Origin: Phoronis australis
Lineage: Eukaryota > Animalia > Phoronida
Assembly (NCBI GenBank): GCA_002633005.1
Contig: NMRA01000102.1
Coordinates: 271,830-335,829, forward strand
DNA length: 64,000 nt
Direction of reading: 5' to 3'
Under the pieces are notes generated by a model. The model had not been told where the DNA came from and searched no databases. It worked only from the letters and a program-made list of their open reading frames with translations. Shown here piece after piece: positions 25,647-39,438 of this stretch (position 1 is the stretch's first letter; the number at the start of each line of letters is the position of its first letter). A program made the position numbers and the translations under genes.

Positions 25647-28600
25647 AATGAAATCAAATGGTCAACTCTAGGGTCATCGACTCAGATCTTGAAAAACTTG
25701 TGTGTACATACATCGTGATGGGATATATCAAAAATGCTTATTTGAAACTTTTTTGGGCCATTGATGTCGTATGGATTTCGCCAGCTATTGTTTAAGTTGC
25801 AAGATCCAAGCGACGGACGCAAGCACGTCGCATTGTTATCGCTTATGGGACGCTACCAATTGTTTTCCTTTGTTGCGTCATTGTTGGATATAATACATTT
25901 CGCACGGATCTCCTGTCTTGGGCGCCCATCAGCCGGTTACCGATAAATGCTTACCATTATCTTTATTATAAGAAAGAAAAACAAAGTGAACAATAGATAC
26001 GCCTATCTATCGATGTCTATGCTGCGAGCTTGCGCCCTAGTTTCCCGTGGATAAAGCATCATAAGTATTTTGACCCAAAATAGCTCATTTTTGGTTCAAA
26101 AAAATTCAGTTAGTGAAGTTGTTTTAAAACGGCTTAAAAGAACGGGAAAGAAAAAATATTTATAATGTTTATGTAGACATTGAACCTCTCTATCAGAAGA
26201 CAGTTTTTGAATTTTTAAAGTTTTTGTTAACCTTCAATTCACTACTTGCACGAATTCGCCATTATACTTAAAAATGAGGTGTTGTGTGTAAACTACAATG
26301 GTTCTGCATGTTTGGAACATGCACGCTTTCACGTTTGCGATGTTAAAACGAGAAATTGTGTCCTAAACAACAATTCACAACAATAATTTTTGCAGCGCCA
26401 CCAAAGTGTGCAAGCAGTGAATGGAATGCCAAAATTCGATAAATTTTGCCCAATTTTGTGTCTTTGATTTTAGCTATTTTTGAGGTGCTTCGGGGGCAAG
26501 TTCGCGGTGTGCTGGAGATTTCTAATGATCTTTTTTATCAGTTTGCTGCCTGACTAAGAAAATAATGAAATAAAAAATATGGGCTTTTTGTTAGTTTTCA
26601 AGCAACAGACGATAGAAAAGACATACCATCGCGTATTTTACGCCGAGTGCCTGACTACGGGCAGTATGTAGCTGTATCTCATAAACCTCATTAAGGGGCT
26701 TCATTAATTTTAGCAAATATGTTTCTATGGTGACCAAATCAGTCGACATCAATTTTTAAATACTTTGACTACTCCTGGGTCCATTGCAGCAGTTTATATA
26801 GGTAGATTCTTTGGTTGAAATTTCATGAAATTTGACCAAAACGTTTCCATCGAGGAAACGATGAGACATGCATGTTTGAGAACGACGTTTCGATATTAAT
26901 CTAATTCTGTTACAATATTTTGTTTTCTGTCTACTATTGTATCTGAGGACGGTTTTTGATTAATATCGAAACGTCGTTTACATGCTGCACTCTAGCGTCG
27001 ATTTCTTTGCTTTCCACTTCTAACTTCTAATTTAGTCAAAAACTAACATTATTTACATGCATGTTTTCTAATGAGTCTAACTTGTACTTCCACACCAGTG
27101 ACAGTTTTAGTACTTTGGAAACTGTCCGTGCGTCTAACATGTGCCCAACCCCCCCCCCCCTCCCCCACCCCCGTCAGCTGGTGCCCTGGTAGTATCTACC
27201 TTTTTACCCGATAACCATTACATAAAATATATCAAATCACTTTAATCTGAGTTTTGTCATTTTTAAAGGATGCTACTAGTTTAATCGTGTCCACCCAAAT
27301 CTGATTTTGTTACTTTGTTGTCACACTCCCATGAGAGATAAAAATGACATTCACATCTCTTACTCATAAAAACATTGGACGCACGGGTTTCAAAATGTCC
27401 ATTTTAACTAAGGCTTACACCCAGCAAAGTGATAGTACAAATTAACACGCAAACTAAAATGGTCCTAACAGTCTTTTGCCACAGAAAGTAACTTAGAATG
27501 TCCTTTGGAAATTTTCAGCAATACATGGCGACTGAGTACTATAAAAGTTTTCGTCCTTAAACCAGAACTTGACTAGCATGATAAATGATATAATAAAGGT
27601 ATGACGCAGAAGGATTGGAATAAGCTTCACACTTCATAATCCAAACGTAACCCATTTCTGTAAATCACATAAACAAAAATTAAGCTGAGCTGAATCTAGA
27701 AGATGACCCCTGAGAGTGATTTTTTGAATTTCTTTCGATTTTCTTGTGGAGTGGCTCTTAAGCGGTGCAGCACCATTTTCAAAAATTTGGTTCTTGTTTT
27801 TGGGGCGGACTCCTAATTTGTTTTGGTTCTGTACGGAGACGGTTAGCCTTCCAACTAACAGTGGGGTTCAGATTGCTTCAACCCGGATCGAGTAGCGTTA
27901 AGATTGCTTCAACCCCGCGGATCAAGTTCATCACCGCCTCCACTGACTTGATTTATATGAGTTTGCGGTTTATGATTTCGCCTTCATCCAGTAAGTGCTG
28001 CGTGGGATTTTAACGTTACGAAATTCGGTTGCATGCTACCGACTCAATACTCGGTTCACATGCTAGTTAAAACGTTAGCATTTTCCTCATCATTGCTGAG
28101 CCCTATCGCTATAGCAGCAGACGCCAACGGTTGCACTAAGGGTCACTATTGCTGACGCTAAAACTGCAGTAGTTTACATCGAGGACTCTTAGTCCGGGTT
28201 TGGTCCACTAGTCCTTTAGCTTCGCACTCTCCGACCCCCAAGTCACATGCTGGGTACGGACAAGCATCCCACTTGCACCTGCACTCATTCAATTGGCCAT
28301 TAGCCCGCGCGCCAACTAAAGGTTTCGTGTTCAGACTCCAACTGATATCTGTAATATTGGCTTCATCAGTCATGAAGTGCAAACTACGCCATGCAGTCAC
28401 TCACGTAAACCATTTAGGGGAAAGTTATTGGTTTCGTACCACTTAAGGATGCACCCCTCTGTACGCCACGCTGAACTAGCCACGGAATCGGGAGCTATCT
28501 CATAGCCTTAAGTGGCTTCACACGTATAACCGCACATGTGATTTAGAAGAATAATGATTATGTTTTAGCTGCAAAACACGGTTGTAGAAAATTCAATAAA

Positions 28601-28725
28601 AGTACGATTCACATGACCGGTTTTGTAATTCGTACCTGTCAGACATCAGAATCGTACCAGTGGTACTATATACTATTGCCAGGTTTATGTAGGTTAATCA
28701 GAGTCTCCATCGGAATCACAATTAT

Positions 28726-29045
28726 GACTTCAAAAAGCTAACATCTAAGGGTTGGAGCCTGTGGTTGTGTGATTGGGGGAGGAGAAAATGAAAACACCAT
28801 TTTCCCGCGCTAACTGAATGGCGTCAAGGTTTTTTGTGTGGGATGCATGTCCGTGGAGTAGAAGACGGACTTTATTTTCAACTGACGCATTCACTGATCG
28901 GATAAAATGACGAAGCCATTCAATGAAAACTATAGACTCAATCCATCCTGAATTAGTGCAGGCAAAAATTGTACCAGTGGGTGCATCAACTTTCAAGGAA
29001 TCACACAGTCTTTTCCACTTGAAGATGAGCATCCGAGGGATGTAT
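28726..29045 (-). pseudogene. pogo/Tigger-type DDE_1 transposase remnant
   Basis: SGWIESIVFIEWLRHF...LLLHGHASH...LARENGV...PNHTT then frameshift to HRLQPLDVSF; the catalytic Asp of the LDGHxSH motif reads His. Confidence 0.85.
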
Positions 29046-30214
29046 TGGCCAATGGCAGAATGACAGTGGACACCAGTAGTATTTGTTNCTGGTACGGAAC
29101 CGATAACTCTCCCCTACTTGACCTCAGAATTATAGAAAATTATCCGATAAGATCGCACAAAGGTAGAAAGTACAATGCCAAAAATAATTTCGATTTTAAA
29201 TACAAAGATTTGACTCCGGCCATGATAAAGGCGAACCCGAACTCATGGTTCTAGCTCGTTCACACACTGACACAGCCAGGGCAATTATCCTACCACCCTT
29301 CCGAAGTGTGGCTCCACTTGAACTCATCGCGGCGAGACCCCACGAGGAGTAAGCTTCTTTGCGCTTTCTAATGGACTTAACTTTCGTGATAAACTTAAAA
29401 AAATACGATAATTGCTCTGCTTCACACACAAAGAACTTAATTAGTTTAGCATTGGTTTGGCGTTGGTGGTTCTTGTACACTACTTGGGTACCACGGAACG
29501 GGTAGTGTTTGTGACTAGTGAGCACAACTGAGGCGTTAATGTGAGACAGCTCGCACACTATGGCACGCTGGAGCCGGACGGATTTACTGAGGCATAAAGC
29601 TTGAACAAGTGGGAGTAGTAATTAGAATCAGAGTGGAAAAATTTAGAAAGTAGTAGAACGACACGCGACGGCCTCATCCAGTGGATCGTAATAGTTTCAA
29701 AGTTTATTTTATATTCCAGTTAGGCTACTTTAGTGACACTGAACATTGCTTGGTTTCTGAACCGAACCGTACGTAAGTAATGAAACAGACCAATGAGCTA
29801 TCCTGGTATAGCTCATTGAACAGACCAACATGACCGTGTTTTTAAAATTGAAAAAACTATAGCCGAGATTAGCAAATAGATTTTCTTCAGCATCACGGCT
29901 TAGCAACGAGTATTAATTCAGTTATGAATCGATTATGACGGGCTAGTCACAGTCTGGCTTACTCGCTTAATAGATGGAAGATCATTAATTTAAGTCCGGC
30001 CGCTCGGCGAGTCCAGTTGAGTGAACAAAGGAACAGTCAGCACGACCGGCCAATATGGTCGTGGCTTATCATACGTTAAATCAAACTTTACAACAACCAA
30101 AAAAGTTGTTTTGCATGCTTAAATTGCATGTTGTATCTATTGTGTCCATATAAATGAAAAATATTGGACTTCATACTTTTGGCTCAACGTTGGCTATAGA
30201 TAGTAGTTACCATC

Positions 30215-30392
30215 ATGGCGGCCCCGGTGAATTTGCTACTTGGTCTGCGAAAAACTGTATCGTTCTGCTTCCAAAATACCAGAAGTTTTGCCAAATGCTG
30301 CTCCAGTTTACATTCGGTTATGAAGATTTATACGGATAATTCGTGTCGGAGTCGTTGTTTTTCGACCACACCTCAAAAGTCTTTGAAAGAAA
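30215..30392 (+). CDS. MRPS18A: MRPS18A (mL66) exon 1, mitochondrial presequence
   Basis: atcATGGCGG; MAAPVNLLLGLRK...RCFSTTPQKSLKE, A|gtaagt; basic, Ser/Thr-rich; phase 1 joins the next exon. Confidence 0.85.
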
Positions 30393-30511
30393 GTAAGTTG
30401 AATAGTCCCCTCATTGGTTCCCTGTGTAGTATATTAACTAGTAATATTTCCCAAGTGTCTTACCTTGTAATAACACTATAGGTGCTCCTAGGTTCCTAGG
30501 GTCAATATGTG

Positions 30512-31017
30512 CAGGGCTTGGAATTTTCCGCAGAAACGCGGATTTCCGCTTTTTTCAAATGTGCTTTCCGCTTTTTTTATAATATTTCCGCGTAAAAAAA
30601 TCGGATTTGATATAAAATTTCCGCGGCAAATTCCTTTCTTACCGCGGCGTTGCAGACGACGTTCACCTCGAAAAGCGGAAGTTGCTCTTTATGTTTCGGA
30701 GGAACGTAAATTGTCAACATTGCCGGGGCATCTGGGACAGCGTGGTGTGATTTTCAATGGCGTCTCGTGTTATTGTTAAGCGCGGCGGCAAATACTACCG
30801 CTCTGCAGCCAAAAATGTGTGGGTTGGGAGTGGACGGGCGAGCTAAAAGGACGCAGACGCATGCTACTGATGGTGGTAACGTTTTTTTTTTAGTCCTCCC
30901 GATTTTTGTCGGGGAAAGGTTCACATTGACCATTTCAAGACTGTTTATCGGGCATGATTTGGACCGTAAAAGTTTCAAAGTTTCCGCGTTTTTTGTCATT
31001 GGTCATTCCAAGCCCTG
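30512..31017. mobile_element. MITE with CAGGGCTTGGAAT TIR and 7-bp TSD (P- or hAT-like)
   Basis: ATATGTG|CAGGGCTTGGAAT...ATTCCAAGCCCTG|ATATGTG. Confidence 0.8.
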
Positions 31018-31293
31018 ATATGTGAGTCAGTTGGGTTCAATCGTCTGTGTTCCTAAAAGCTCTCCTCCAGTCCCTGCGCCAGCCTTTTGTATCGGCCGCA
31101 GAAGGGCCGCTGAATATTCATGTCGCGCCCCCATTGGCCATCGGCATATGGGCCGGACAGCCAAAGTCAGCAGTCCCCAAGACGAACCACAGTCGTCTTT
31201 CGATGCCGACAGAGGGCGCGCACGGCTGAAGGCCAGCGCAGCAGTAAGACACGTCGAATAACGTCTCACTACACCTGTGTGCTTAGCCGCTCT

Positions 31294-31806
31294 TAGCCCA
31301 GCCAGCACGCAGGTATCACACAGTGGCACGCGCTTTAGCATTGGTCGATGTAACCTTGGCAGTCATTGGTTAGCTTTACAACACCGTGAAAAAATGGTTG
31401 ACTGAACGATTTTTAGCCTTGTCATGTAAGTGGCGTCGCAGTCTATTTCGTTTCTGCAGTGATGTTTAATAGCCGCGTGCTTGAAGCACATACATGTACA
31501 ATAAACACATATCTGGCCGATTTAGCCGGTGTGTTATTCATACTGTATGAATACAGGACACTATCATAAACAAAAGTCATCGACAGTAGAAAGATGCATT
31601 CCGAAAAGGTGCAATCACAATTTCTAGGCTTCACATTTCCTGAACATAAATTTTAAGCACCGATTTATCTGTACAACAAACACCACATTTACACTTCAGT
31701 CCATTAGTCATGCCAGTTTGTTTGCTTATGACTAGCCAATCAGAAACACCTGTGTAAAAAATTTTACCAAGGAAAATTAAGAGATACCTGCGTGCTGGCG
31801 CGGCTA
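31294..31806. mobile_element. TAGCC...GGCTA TIR element; its 5' half is also present inside the 21712-22283 MITE
   Basis: TAGCCCAGCCAGCACGCAGGTATC / GATACCTGCGTGCTGGCGCGGCTA; 31294-31532 matches 21959-22208. Confidence 0.6.
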
Positions 31807-32174
31807 CTGCCCCACCTAGCGGCACGCAGGGAACCAGCGAGAATAGTCCCACGCTTCAGTCACGCCGACAGGAGGCAGCACAAACGGGGGACCTGTTTAT
31901 TCACTGAGCAGCTAACTACTACAGTGCTCGATTTGGTGACCTGAAGTTGTCCAAATCAGCATTTTTACACAAATTAACACCTCGTAAATGCATGAATAAG
32001 AAGAGCCTAATTGATACGAGTAATACCTTTTTGGAATCACCATGATCACCATTGCCAAACTGCATTACGTCATTGCGAGAGGAATCAGAAAATATTAATA
32101 TCAACTATGTACGTTAATGGAGTCAGACTGTAAACAATAACTGTGAGTGCTCCTATTTTTACACTGGTGCTGGC

Positions 32175-34679
32175 AGTTTTAAAATCCAGCACGCATTCAT
32201 TAATGCCAGGTCGCAAAGTTTTCCCACAATTTTACTCGCCAAAATGGATTTTTTAGATCATAAAGAAAATATTTAGATTATGCCCTTGCCTGCAGCATTA
32301 AATACTCACAAATCTCAGGTCGCAAAATTGAGTTGGTTCATGCAGGTTTGGCATTACTGTTTTTCACGACCACCATTGAAAGGCCCTAGAGCGCAAGGCT
32401 AGTTGCTGACGTTAAAGTTGAATCAGTGCTCTCTAACTGACACGAGCATTCGAGTAGCTATGTTTGCTATGTGAAAAGGGAGAAAATGCCTGTTGAAAAA
32501 TTATCCGCGATTTTTCTAGGTCTGACCTGCTATATAGCTGTTATCAAAGTTGTTAAAGATCGAAACTAACTCGGAATGCAAACTCCCTCTATTTTTTGTT
32601 CGCAGCAAAAAAATTTGCAACCTGACCCGACGTTTGAGAAACACCTGTACAAAAAAATCTGTGAAATGATGCCCGAACCAAATGACATATTTGGATTCGC
32701 GAGAACAATTCAGTGCAAATTTCTCAACAAAAATGTGGGACTTATGCTGTTTATGTGGTCAACAATTAGTTTTCCATAAAGTGAATAGCCTCGAAATATT
32801 TCCCGACTGCACGCGGGTTTCCATCATGTAATTCCAGTTTGCTCCTCAATATCTTCCATGTACGGGAAAAATAGGTCAGTCACAAAACGAAATGCATATC
32901 ACTAGTGTTAAAACACTTGCGTGTCGTTAAAGATCCAAACTAACTCGGAGTGCAAACTCCCTCTTAAAAAAGTTAAAACTTTCTTTGGGAGGTATAAAAG
33001 AAAGCCGGGGTTCGGTTTTTACATGTTGAGAAAAGACATTTTTTGAAGACTGAATTTGTTAATGTGTAAAATGAGAGTGACTCACTATATAGACTGCGTG
33101 TCAATTTTAAAGCACACGCGGTCGTTTGTAGTGAGTGCGCTATGATGCGCGATAGCCTGAACTGTGGGCGCTTAATTGGAAATTCTCAAAAGTTGAGGGG
33201 GAACGCCTAGTAGATCAGTGAGCGCTTATTATGAAACACTTCAAAGGTAAGGAGTAGGCGCATGCGTGAGCATAGTCATTAACCTGAGTGTTTGCGGTAA
33301 TAGGATATTTAAAGACTGCAATGGTAAGAAATGTTATTATATTATGATTTTGCGAGGCAAAGTCCATCTAGTAGGGGTGACTTTCTGGGTATCATTACCA
33401 CTTACACTGTACCCTTTTTAGCCATCCGGAATAATTTTGTTTTTTGTTTTTAATTTCCCGCTTCAGCCGGAACAAGATTGTTTCTATTGGAGTCTGAACA
33501 TTTTACGCCGTTATGCCGGCGGTGGTCTGGGGAGCGAAAAATTGGGGGGGGGGTGTATGAAGAGAAGAATAAAAAGTTCGCTTACCACAATTTCGCATCT
33601 ACTCGTTGCAATAGCTGGCTACGGGCATAGAATATCACCTTTAGGGAACATCAACTCCGGGAAACATCGGAACAGGAAAATATCAGTTCTGGTTTATATC
33701 GATCCCGGGGAATATCGTAAAGCATCGGGTCTTTTATAACTGCCAGGAATCTATTAAGTTCCTTTTCAAATAAACTACTGGCACCTGGGTGCTTAACAGA
33801 GCCAAGCCGGTATACTCTTTCATTTGGGACTGTCATTGTTCTCTTTTGATGTGCTGCCGCTGAGTGGTGCGCACACGTAACTTCACGTACTTGAATCATT
33901 GGAGTTATAGCTTTACGTTGGCAACAACGTGTGACAGGAAATCATATTTCGCGCACGTATAGTCCCAGAAACTGTAACAAGTGAAGTGGTTTTAGAATTT
34001 CTTGGCAACTCAAAAACTACTTTGTTGAAAGTAAAGACGTGGCCGTCGTTTGGCGATTAATGGGATTGTCATTTTCACCTTTGCTGTCTTATACGATAAA
34101 AAACGAGACGTCCAATTCTAAGTCACGATTGTCTGCCAGGACGGCTTGCGCTTTAACAACGGGACCGACTAGTGCCGCAGTGCGATATCAGGGATATAGT
34201 CGTGGATATTTGGTAATAAGGACATCTTGCGCAAAAACATGTTTCTCCACCACAAACTTTTAGTAAGTTGATCACTTAAAAATTAGTAGAAACATTGCTG
34301 TTTTGTTATGCTGTGTACCGAAACTTTCTGCGGTGAATACGGAAATTTGCAAAAGTACTTGAAAATGTTAGCCAATGAAATGCGTCAAAGACCGATTCTG
34401 CATTATCCCATGTTCACCCGACATGCTACAAGTTATCGGGAGGGCTGTTCTCGGTTAGTGTTCTTTTGAACTTGATTTGGCTACAACCAATGCGGTTGGA
34501 TTCACAAGAGTTGCTTTATATTTGCCAGGTATCTGCCGAGAAGTGTAAAAACTCAGCTCGCATACGTCGGATATTCCAGGTCGCATTTTCCGACTTGATA
34601 TGAGCTGACAGAAATCTCAGCTCGCATTTCCAAATTTCTGGTCACAAATGCGACCTGCAGCTCGTTATGTCAAGCCCTG
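32175..34679 (-). mobile_element. ~2.5-kb non-coding CAGGG-TIR element, copy 1 (inverted, one end truncated)
   Basis: Reverse complement of 47404-49919 and 61664-64000; ends GTCAAGCCCTG. Confidence 0.8.
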
Positions 34680-35239
34680 ATAGGGCCTTAATACGCTGGA
34701 ATCTTTTTGGTGAATTGTGCCTCACACTAATTAAACTATCAAAGTCCTGCTGCTATAAGTACCTTTTGTGCATAGAGGGATGCCTTAGGAGGCCGTTGAT
34801 GTCTTTAATTTCTTCCAGCTCGAACAAATACTCCCATAATCAAACTTTTTCAAGCAATCCTTCATTCAGTTGCCCAAATCAGCCATTTTTACACTGCTTG
34901 GCTTGTGCTCGCACCAGAGGATATCAAGTGTTTTGTTGACATTGTTCCTCCATCCATTACAATCTATTAAATTGGGTATTCTGCCTTTGTGACCCTTTCC
35001 TTACCTTTTTCCTGTTTAAAGTGACTTATAAGCCGAATTATGATAATATGGTGTTGGGTGTTGGCTGCTGTTCTTCCATTACTGTTTGTGTATTATACAC
35101 AGTGCTCTGTTAACAAGTTACTGCTGCTTGGTGCGACTGAAAAAGGCCATGAAAACATAAATATCTTACCTTTAATGCTCATCTTACATTGACTATTAAC
35201 GGGGTGTTTTTAAATGTCTTGTCCTTTTCTTTGTTTCAG

Positions 35240-35271
35240 TTCATTGGACAACAGATGGAGATATCACAGTT
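35240..35271 (+). CDS. MRPS18A: MRPS18A exon 2 (32 nt)
   Basis: tttcag|TT...GTT|gtaagt; (I)HWTTDGDITV, aligns with human VVETQEGKTTI as recalled. Confidence 0.8.
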
Positions 35272-35804
35272 GTAAGTGTCATACGCATCAAAATGCTTTG
35301 TTTAATCCAACTAATGCCAATCAATCTCATCCTTTCCAGCTTTCGCTGGTGTCCTACAATACAGTTTATTTGGACCCAACTAATCCCAAGTAATCTCAAA
35401 TTATCCAGCAATTGTGCTGACCTCTGATGTCATTCATAAGAGTTGGATCCAAATGACCCCTATCAATGTTGACCTATCCAGAAATTATTGCTTCCTAAAA
35501 GCATTTTGCCTAAAGAAGCATTTTAGCTGAATCATTCTTTTAGTGCTCGTGTGACGTACTTCTTTCATAACATGGTGAAATTTCTCCAGCTTGGGACACA
35601 ATATGAAGGAGAAGTTAAACTTTATTTTTTCATTTTTGTTTCAAAAAAGATGTTTGTCTTTCACAAAAAGTGTTGGAAGCCTTTGAAAAATGAAAATATC
35701 AATTTTGGCGATTTTTTGTACGACATTAGTAAGATTTTATCATCGTATGTTACAGAAGTAGTGTTGGTTGCACCTCCTGCTCAAATATTCTGTCTTTATT
35801 TCAG

Positions 35805-35912
35805 GTAGAGGGTGTTCAGGTGAAGTCTGCCCGAGAGGGACTTGTCATAGATGTAGAAGACCCACATGGTTCATGTGGGCTATGCAAACTAAACCTTAAT
35901 TTAAAATACACA
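35805..35912 (+). CDS. MRPS18A: MRPS18A exon 3
   Basis: ttcag|GTA...ACA|gtaagt; VEG...CGLCKLNLNLKYT (CxxC). Confidence 0.88.
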
Positions 35913-36495
35913 GTAAGTTGGAATCTTGTTGACATTCAAGCATGTACCTCATTATACACCAAGTATAGTAAAAGTCACAACAGCCGTGATGATACTAGTA
36001 GTGACATCTCTTATTAAAGTCGAATGTTAAATTAATTTTTTAAAGCCATGAACCCGCCATTCACCAAATGGCAATTTTTTTAATTTCAGACAAGTCACAG
36101 CATCTTAAACACGACTCTCAATTTGACATGTTTAATAGGGAAGTCTTTGAAAAATGCTTATTTTACAATAATCTAAAATTCGAATATTTTAATAACACAT
36201 GGCCCCCTATGGTATTTGTATTTGAGGCAGTTTATTTTTGATTTGTAAATGACCCCAACCACAAATGCGCATGTGCGTATGTGTGCGGGTATGAATGTGT
36301 TTTTTTCATTGGTAAAAAGTACAATGTTGTAACAGAGTAAATCTGCAGTGAATTCCTGAATGTGTGTTTCACGCATACATTTCAACATAACAATAAACGA
36401 AATACAGGTGCTAACGTCTGGTCGCATGTTTAATAAAAAATTAAGATTTTTATGTTTAATCAAAAAATATGGTACTATGTTTAATTCTATTCTAG

Positions 36496-36619
36496 GATGT
36501 TTTAATACTAAGCCAGTTTTTACGACCAGATGGCTGTGTACTACCTCGGCGTGTCACAGGACTGTGCATGAAACAACATAAGAAGATAATGAAACTAGTG
36601 AATCAGGCACAGCGTGCTG
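36496..36619 (+). CDS. MRPS18A: MRPS18A exon 4
   Basis: ctag|GAT...G|gtaagt; [24 protein letters not shown]...AQRAG, ribosomal S18 core. Confidence 0.93.
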
Positions 36620-36647
36620 GTAAGTGAAATACACTAGAATTATACTA

Positions 36648-39438
36648 CCGTAAACGTTCGGCCTGGGTGGTTAAATTGGCAAACCCAAAAAATCGGGGGT
36701 GGGCGGTTAACCAGACATGGGCGCTTAAACGTGAAATTTCAAGAAATCCAGGGTGGGCGGTTAACTGAGCATGGGCGCTTATTACGACAGACAACCGCCC
36801 TGGGCGGTTAATTTTACCTCATGATCAGAGTACCACACGACACACGTACTCGGAACGCATAGAACTTTTCTAAGATCTTTGGTGTCAAGTCGCCAAATGC
36901 CGCTAAAAGTGTCATAACAGCGGACAATTCCAAAAAATGTTCTGTTGCCCACAGATTAGTCAATCACAATTAAATTTACAAAATTGGTGAGTAATAGCCC
37001 TGTGCCGTCTTGTGATCTTATTAGAGCTGTAGTGCGCAGACGACCAGTAACAATAACTTGGATTGCAACTATTCTCACGGGATGACACTTTAGAAATGTG
37101 TGCGTGCTTCACGTGTTGCAGAGGTCACAGCAGACATCAAATTTATGGTGCTTGCTATCAAGTTCCGAGTCAAAGACCAGTTTTAAAATTAATGATGTAA
37201 TAAAAGTTTGAAAAACAAATTCAGGTGTTTTTTGTTTTTGGGATGTTTATGTTGGAGATGAAATTAGATTAGATTAGACTCTGTGACTCATTTTCAACGT
37301 ATAGTTCTGCAGCTAGCTGTTTTATCTCGACTGCCCGGCGTTGCCCACTTCCAATTGCGTGAAACATGCCACGCAAAGAAGATGAAAATCGGGGGTAAGC
37401 GGACATGAGCCAGTCGTCAATCAAAAGTTACCACAAAGGCATTACTCAAAAACAAGCATTTGCTTAAGATGACTATGACACTATGACACTATGACACTAT
37501 GACTATGACACTATGACTATGACACTATGACTATGACACTATGACTATGACACTATGACTATGACACTATGACACTATGACTGGGGATGAGTCTAGTGAG
37601 TGTGTACAGTAGCGTCCGAGGAAAAAATTACCAGTTCGTACACATATCTGCGTCAGTAAAAAACAATTCATAGATGTAGCCCCAATTCTTCGGGTAACCG
37701 GCATCCATGGTTTGCGCGGCTATACGACTAAATTAGTGAAGAGCTTCAACCAGCAACGCGTCCTTTCCGAGTCAGTGGTTTGCAACCGAGACTCCGTGCA
37801 GCGGCATAACAAACTGCAGGTCGCATTGGCAACATCAAATTTGGAAATGCGAGCCGAGATTATAGACGTCTTGTACCTGCCACCGGCAAATTCCAACCTA
37901 CGTGAGTCGTTTTTTTTGGGTAAAATAGATAGGCCTACCTGGCAAACATAAAGCAACTCAAAAAACACATTTATTTTACACAAAATATTTACAGATTATC
38001 CTATTATAATATCACCTACGGCATTATCTCATTGCAGCACTGGTCGGTCACGCTGTTTGTAGACTTGGAAATGCCGTCAAGTAATTTAACAGCCTCTTTT
38101 AATATGGGTCTTGTTTTATGGGACAAAAGACAGCGGCTGGATTCAGCATGCGCATACGTATGAGTCACTTGTCAATCACATATGTTGTTGTCAAGGTAAC
38201 GTGCACTCCAGAGTGTGGGAACTTACACGCGTGTGTACCACTTCGGAGATCGCACATCAAAAGAGAACAGCGACAGCCCTACGTAAAGGAGTACTCTGGC
38301 GCGACTTTGTACTTTTAAGATGTTGTTACAAAAAACAGTGTTTTACGATATTCCTCCGTTCCAATGACCCAAAACTACAATGTCAAGTCTGTTCCAATAA
38401 TTCCCGGCTCGATGATACCTGGACTCGATGTTCCATGCCCGTAGCTAACTGCGTGCACGTCATTACCACTGCCGCCAATTTTCAATCAGTTACGTCGTAG
38501 ATGTCTCAGACTCGAATGGTAAGAATTTTGTTCAGGCTAAAACTGCCCAATGTAGAAACAAAAATATTCGGGAAGCTAAAAGGCTTGGTGGATACGATAA
38601 TGCACTGTTCGCAAGAAATCATACTATAAAGAACGGCAAGCGACTTTGGCAGAATTTGCTAACGCCAACTTGTTTGAGATGCAATAAGCGAAAAACAAAA
38701 TTTGACTTGCATTTTTTTTATTTCTTCAAGATGATATACAAACATCCAGTAACATATTTCCAACCTTTGAATTCAGAAATCGAGAGACAAGGTACATTGT
38801 CCGTTCGGTCGCTACACATCCTCGATAACCTGGCAATTACACTCATCAAAATAGGGAGAATTTGACATCTGTCCGTGAGTTATGGAAATTCTTCAACATA
38901 CGAGAGCTTCCTATCAAAAGCGAATTGGAAGGGTTGGCAAAACCACTGTCACATTTCTCTGGCCCGATTTTTTTCGAATATGTTTTATCTAGTGCACTGC
39001 AAACAGAAACTCAGCGCGGCAGACCGCGTTGCTAAAAGCGGCGGCATTTAAGCCGGCGGTGTTCTTAAACTTTGCGAACATGGGAAGAAAATAAAAGTGA
39101 CAAAACGTTCAAGTATTATATTCTGAAGTAAATCCATGACCCGAGACAAGAATTCGTTTCTGGTATTATAATTCACATTGCCAAACCGCCGTCTCGGAGG
39201 CCGTAGTTGTACTGTCTCTAGTTGTGATCATCGATCTAAAAGTCGGGGAATAGCGCATTTGTGTAGCACCGGGCACTAAGTGTTCAATCTTTAAAAGTCG
39301 GGGATGGGCGCTTAACTGAAAGGTGGGTGCTTAACTGGAAATCTTCAAAAATCGCAGATGGGCGGTTAACCGAGCAGTGGGCGGTTAAATCGAAAATCCA
39401 CCTAAAGTAGGGGTGGGTGTTAACCCGAACGTTTACGG
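36648..39438. mobile_element. TA-flanked Tc1/mariner-pogo-like non-autonomous element
   Basis: TA|CCGTAAACGTTCGG...CCGAACGTTTACGG|TA; subterminal GGGCGGTTAA/GGGCGCTTAA repeats; contains a GACTAT/GACACTAT microsatellite at 37469-37582. Confidence 0.75.

Noticed and set aside
16700-30100. Hidden host gene between QPCT and MRPS18A
   Set aside because: No consistent exon chain or recognisable protein found other than the pogo remnant; small exons cannot be excluded without transcript data
36090-36140. Possible extra MRPS18A exon after tttcag
   Set aside because: Exons 3 and 4 join directly (KYT-DVLIL) as in homologues; no good donor
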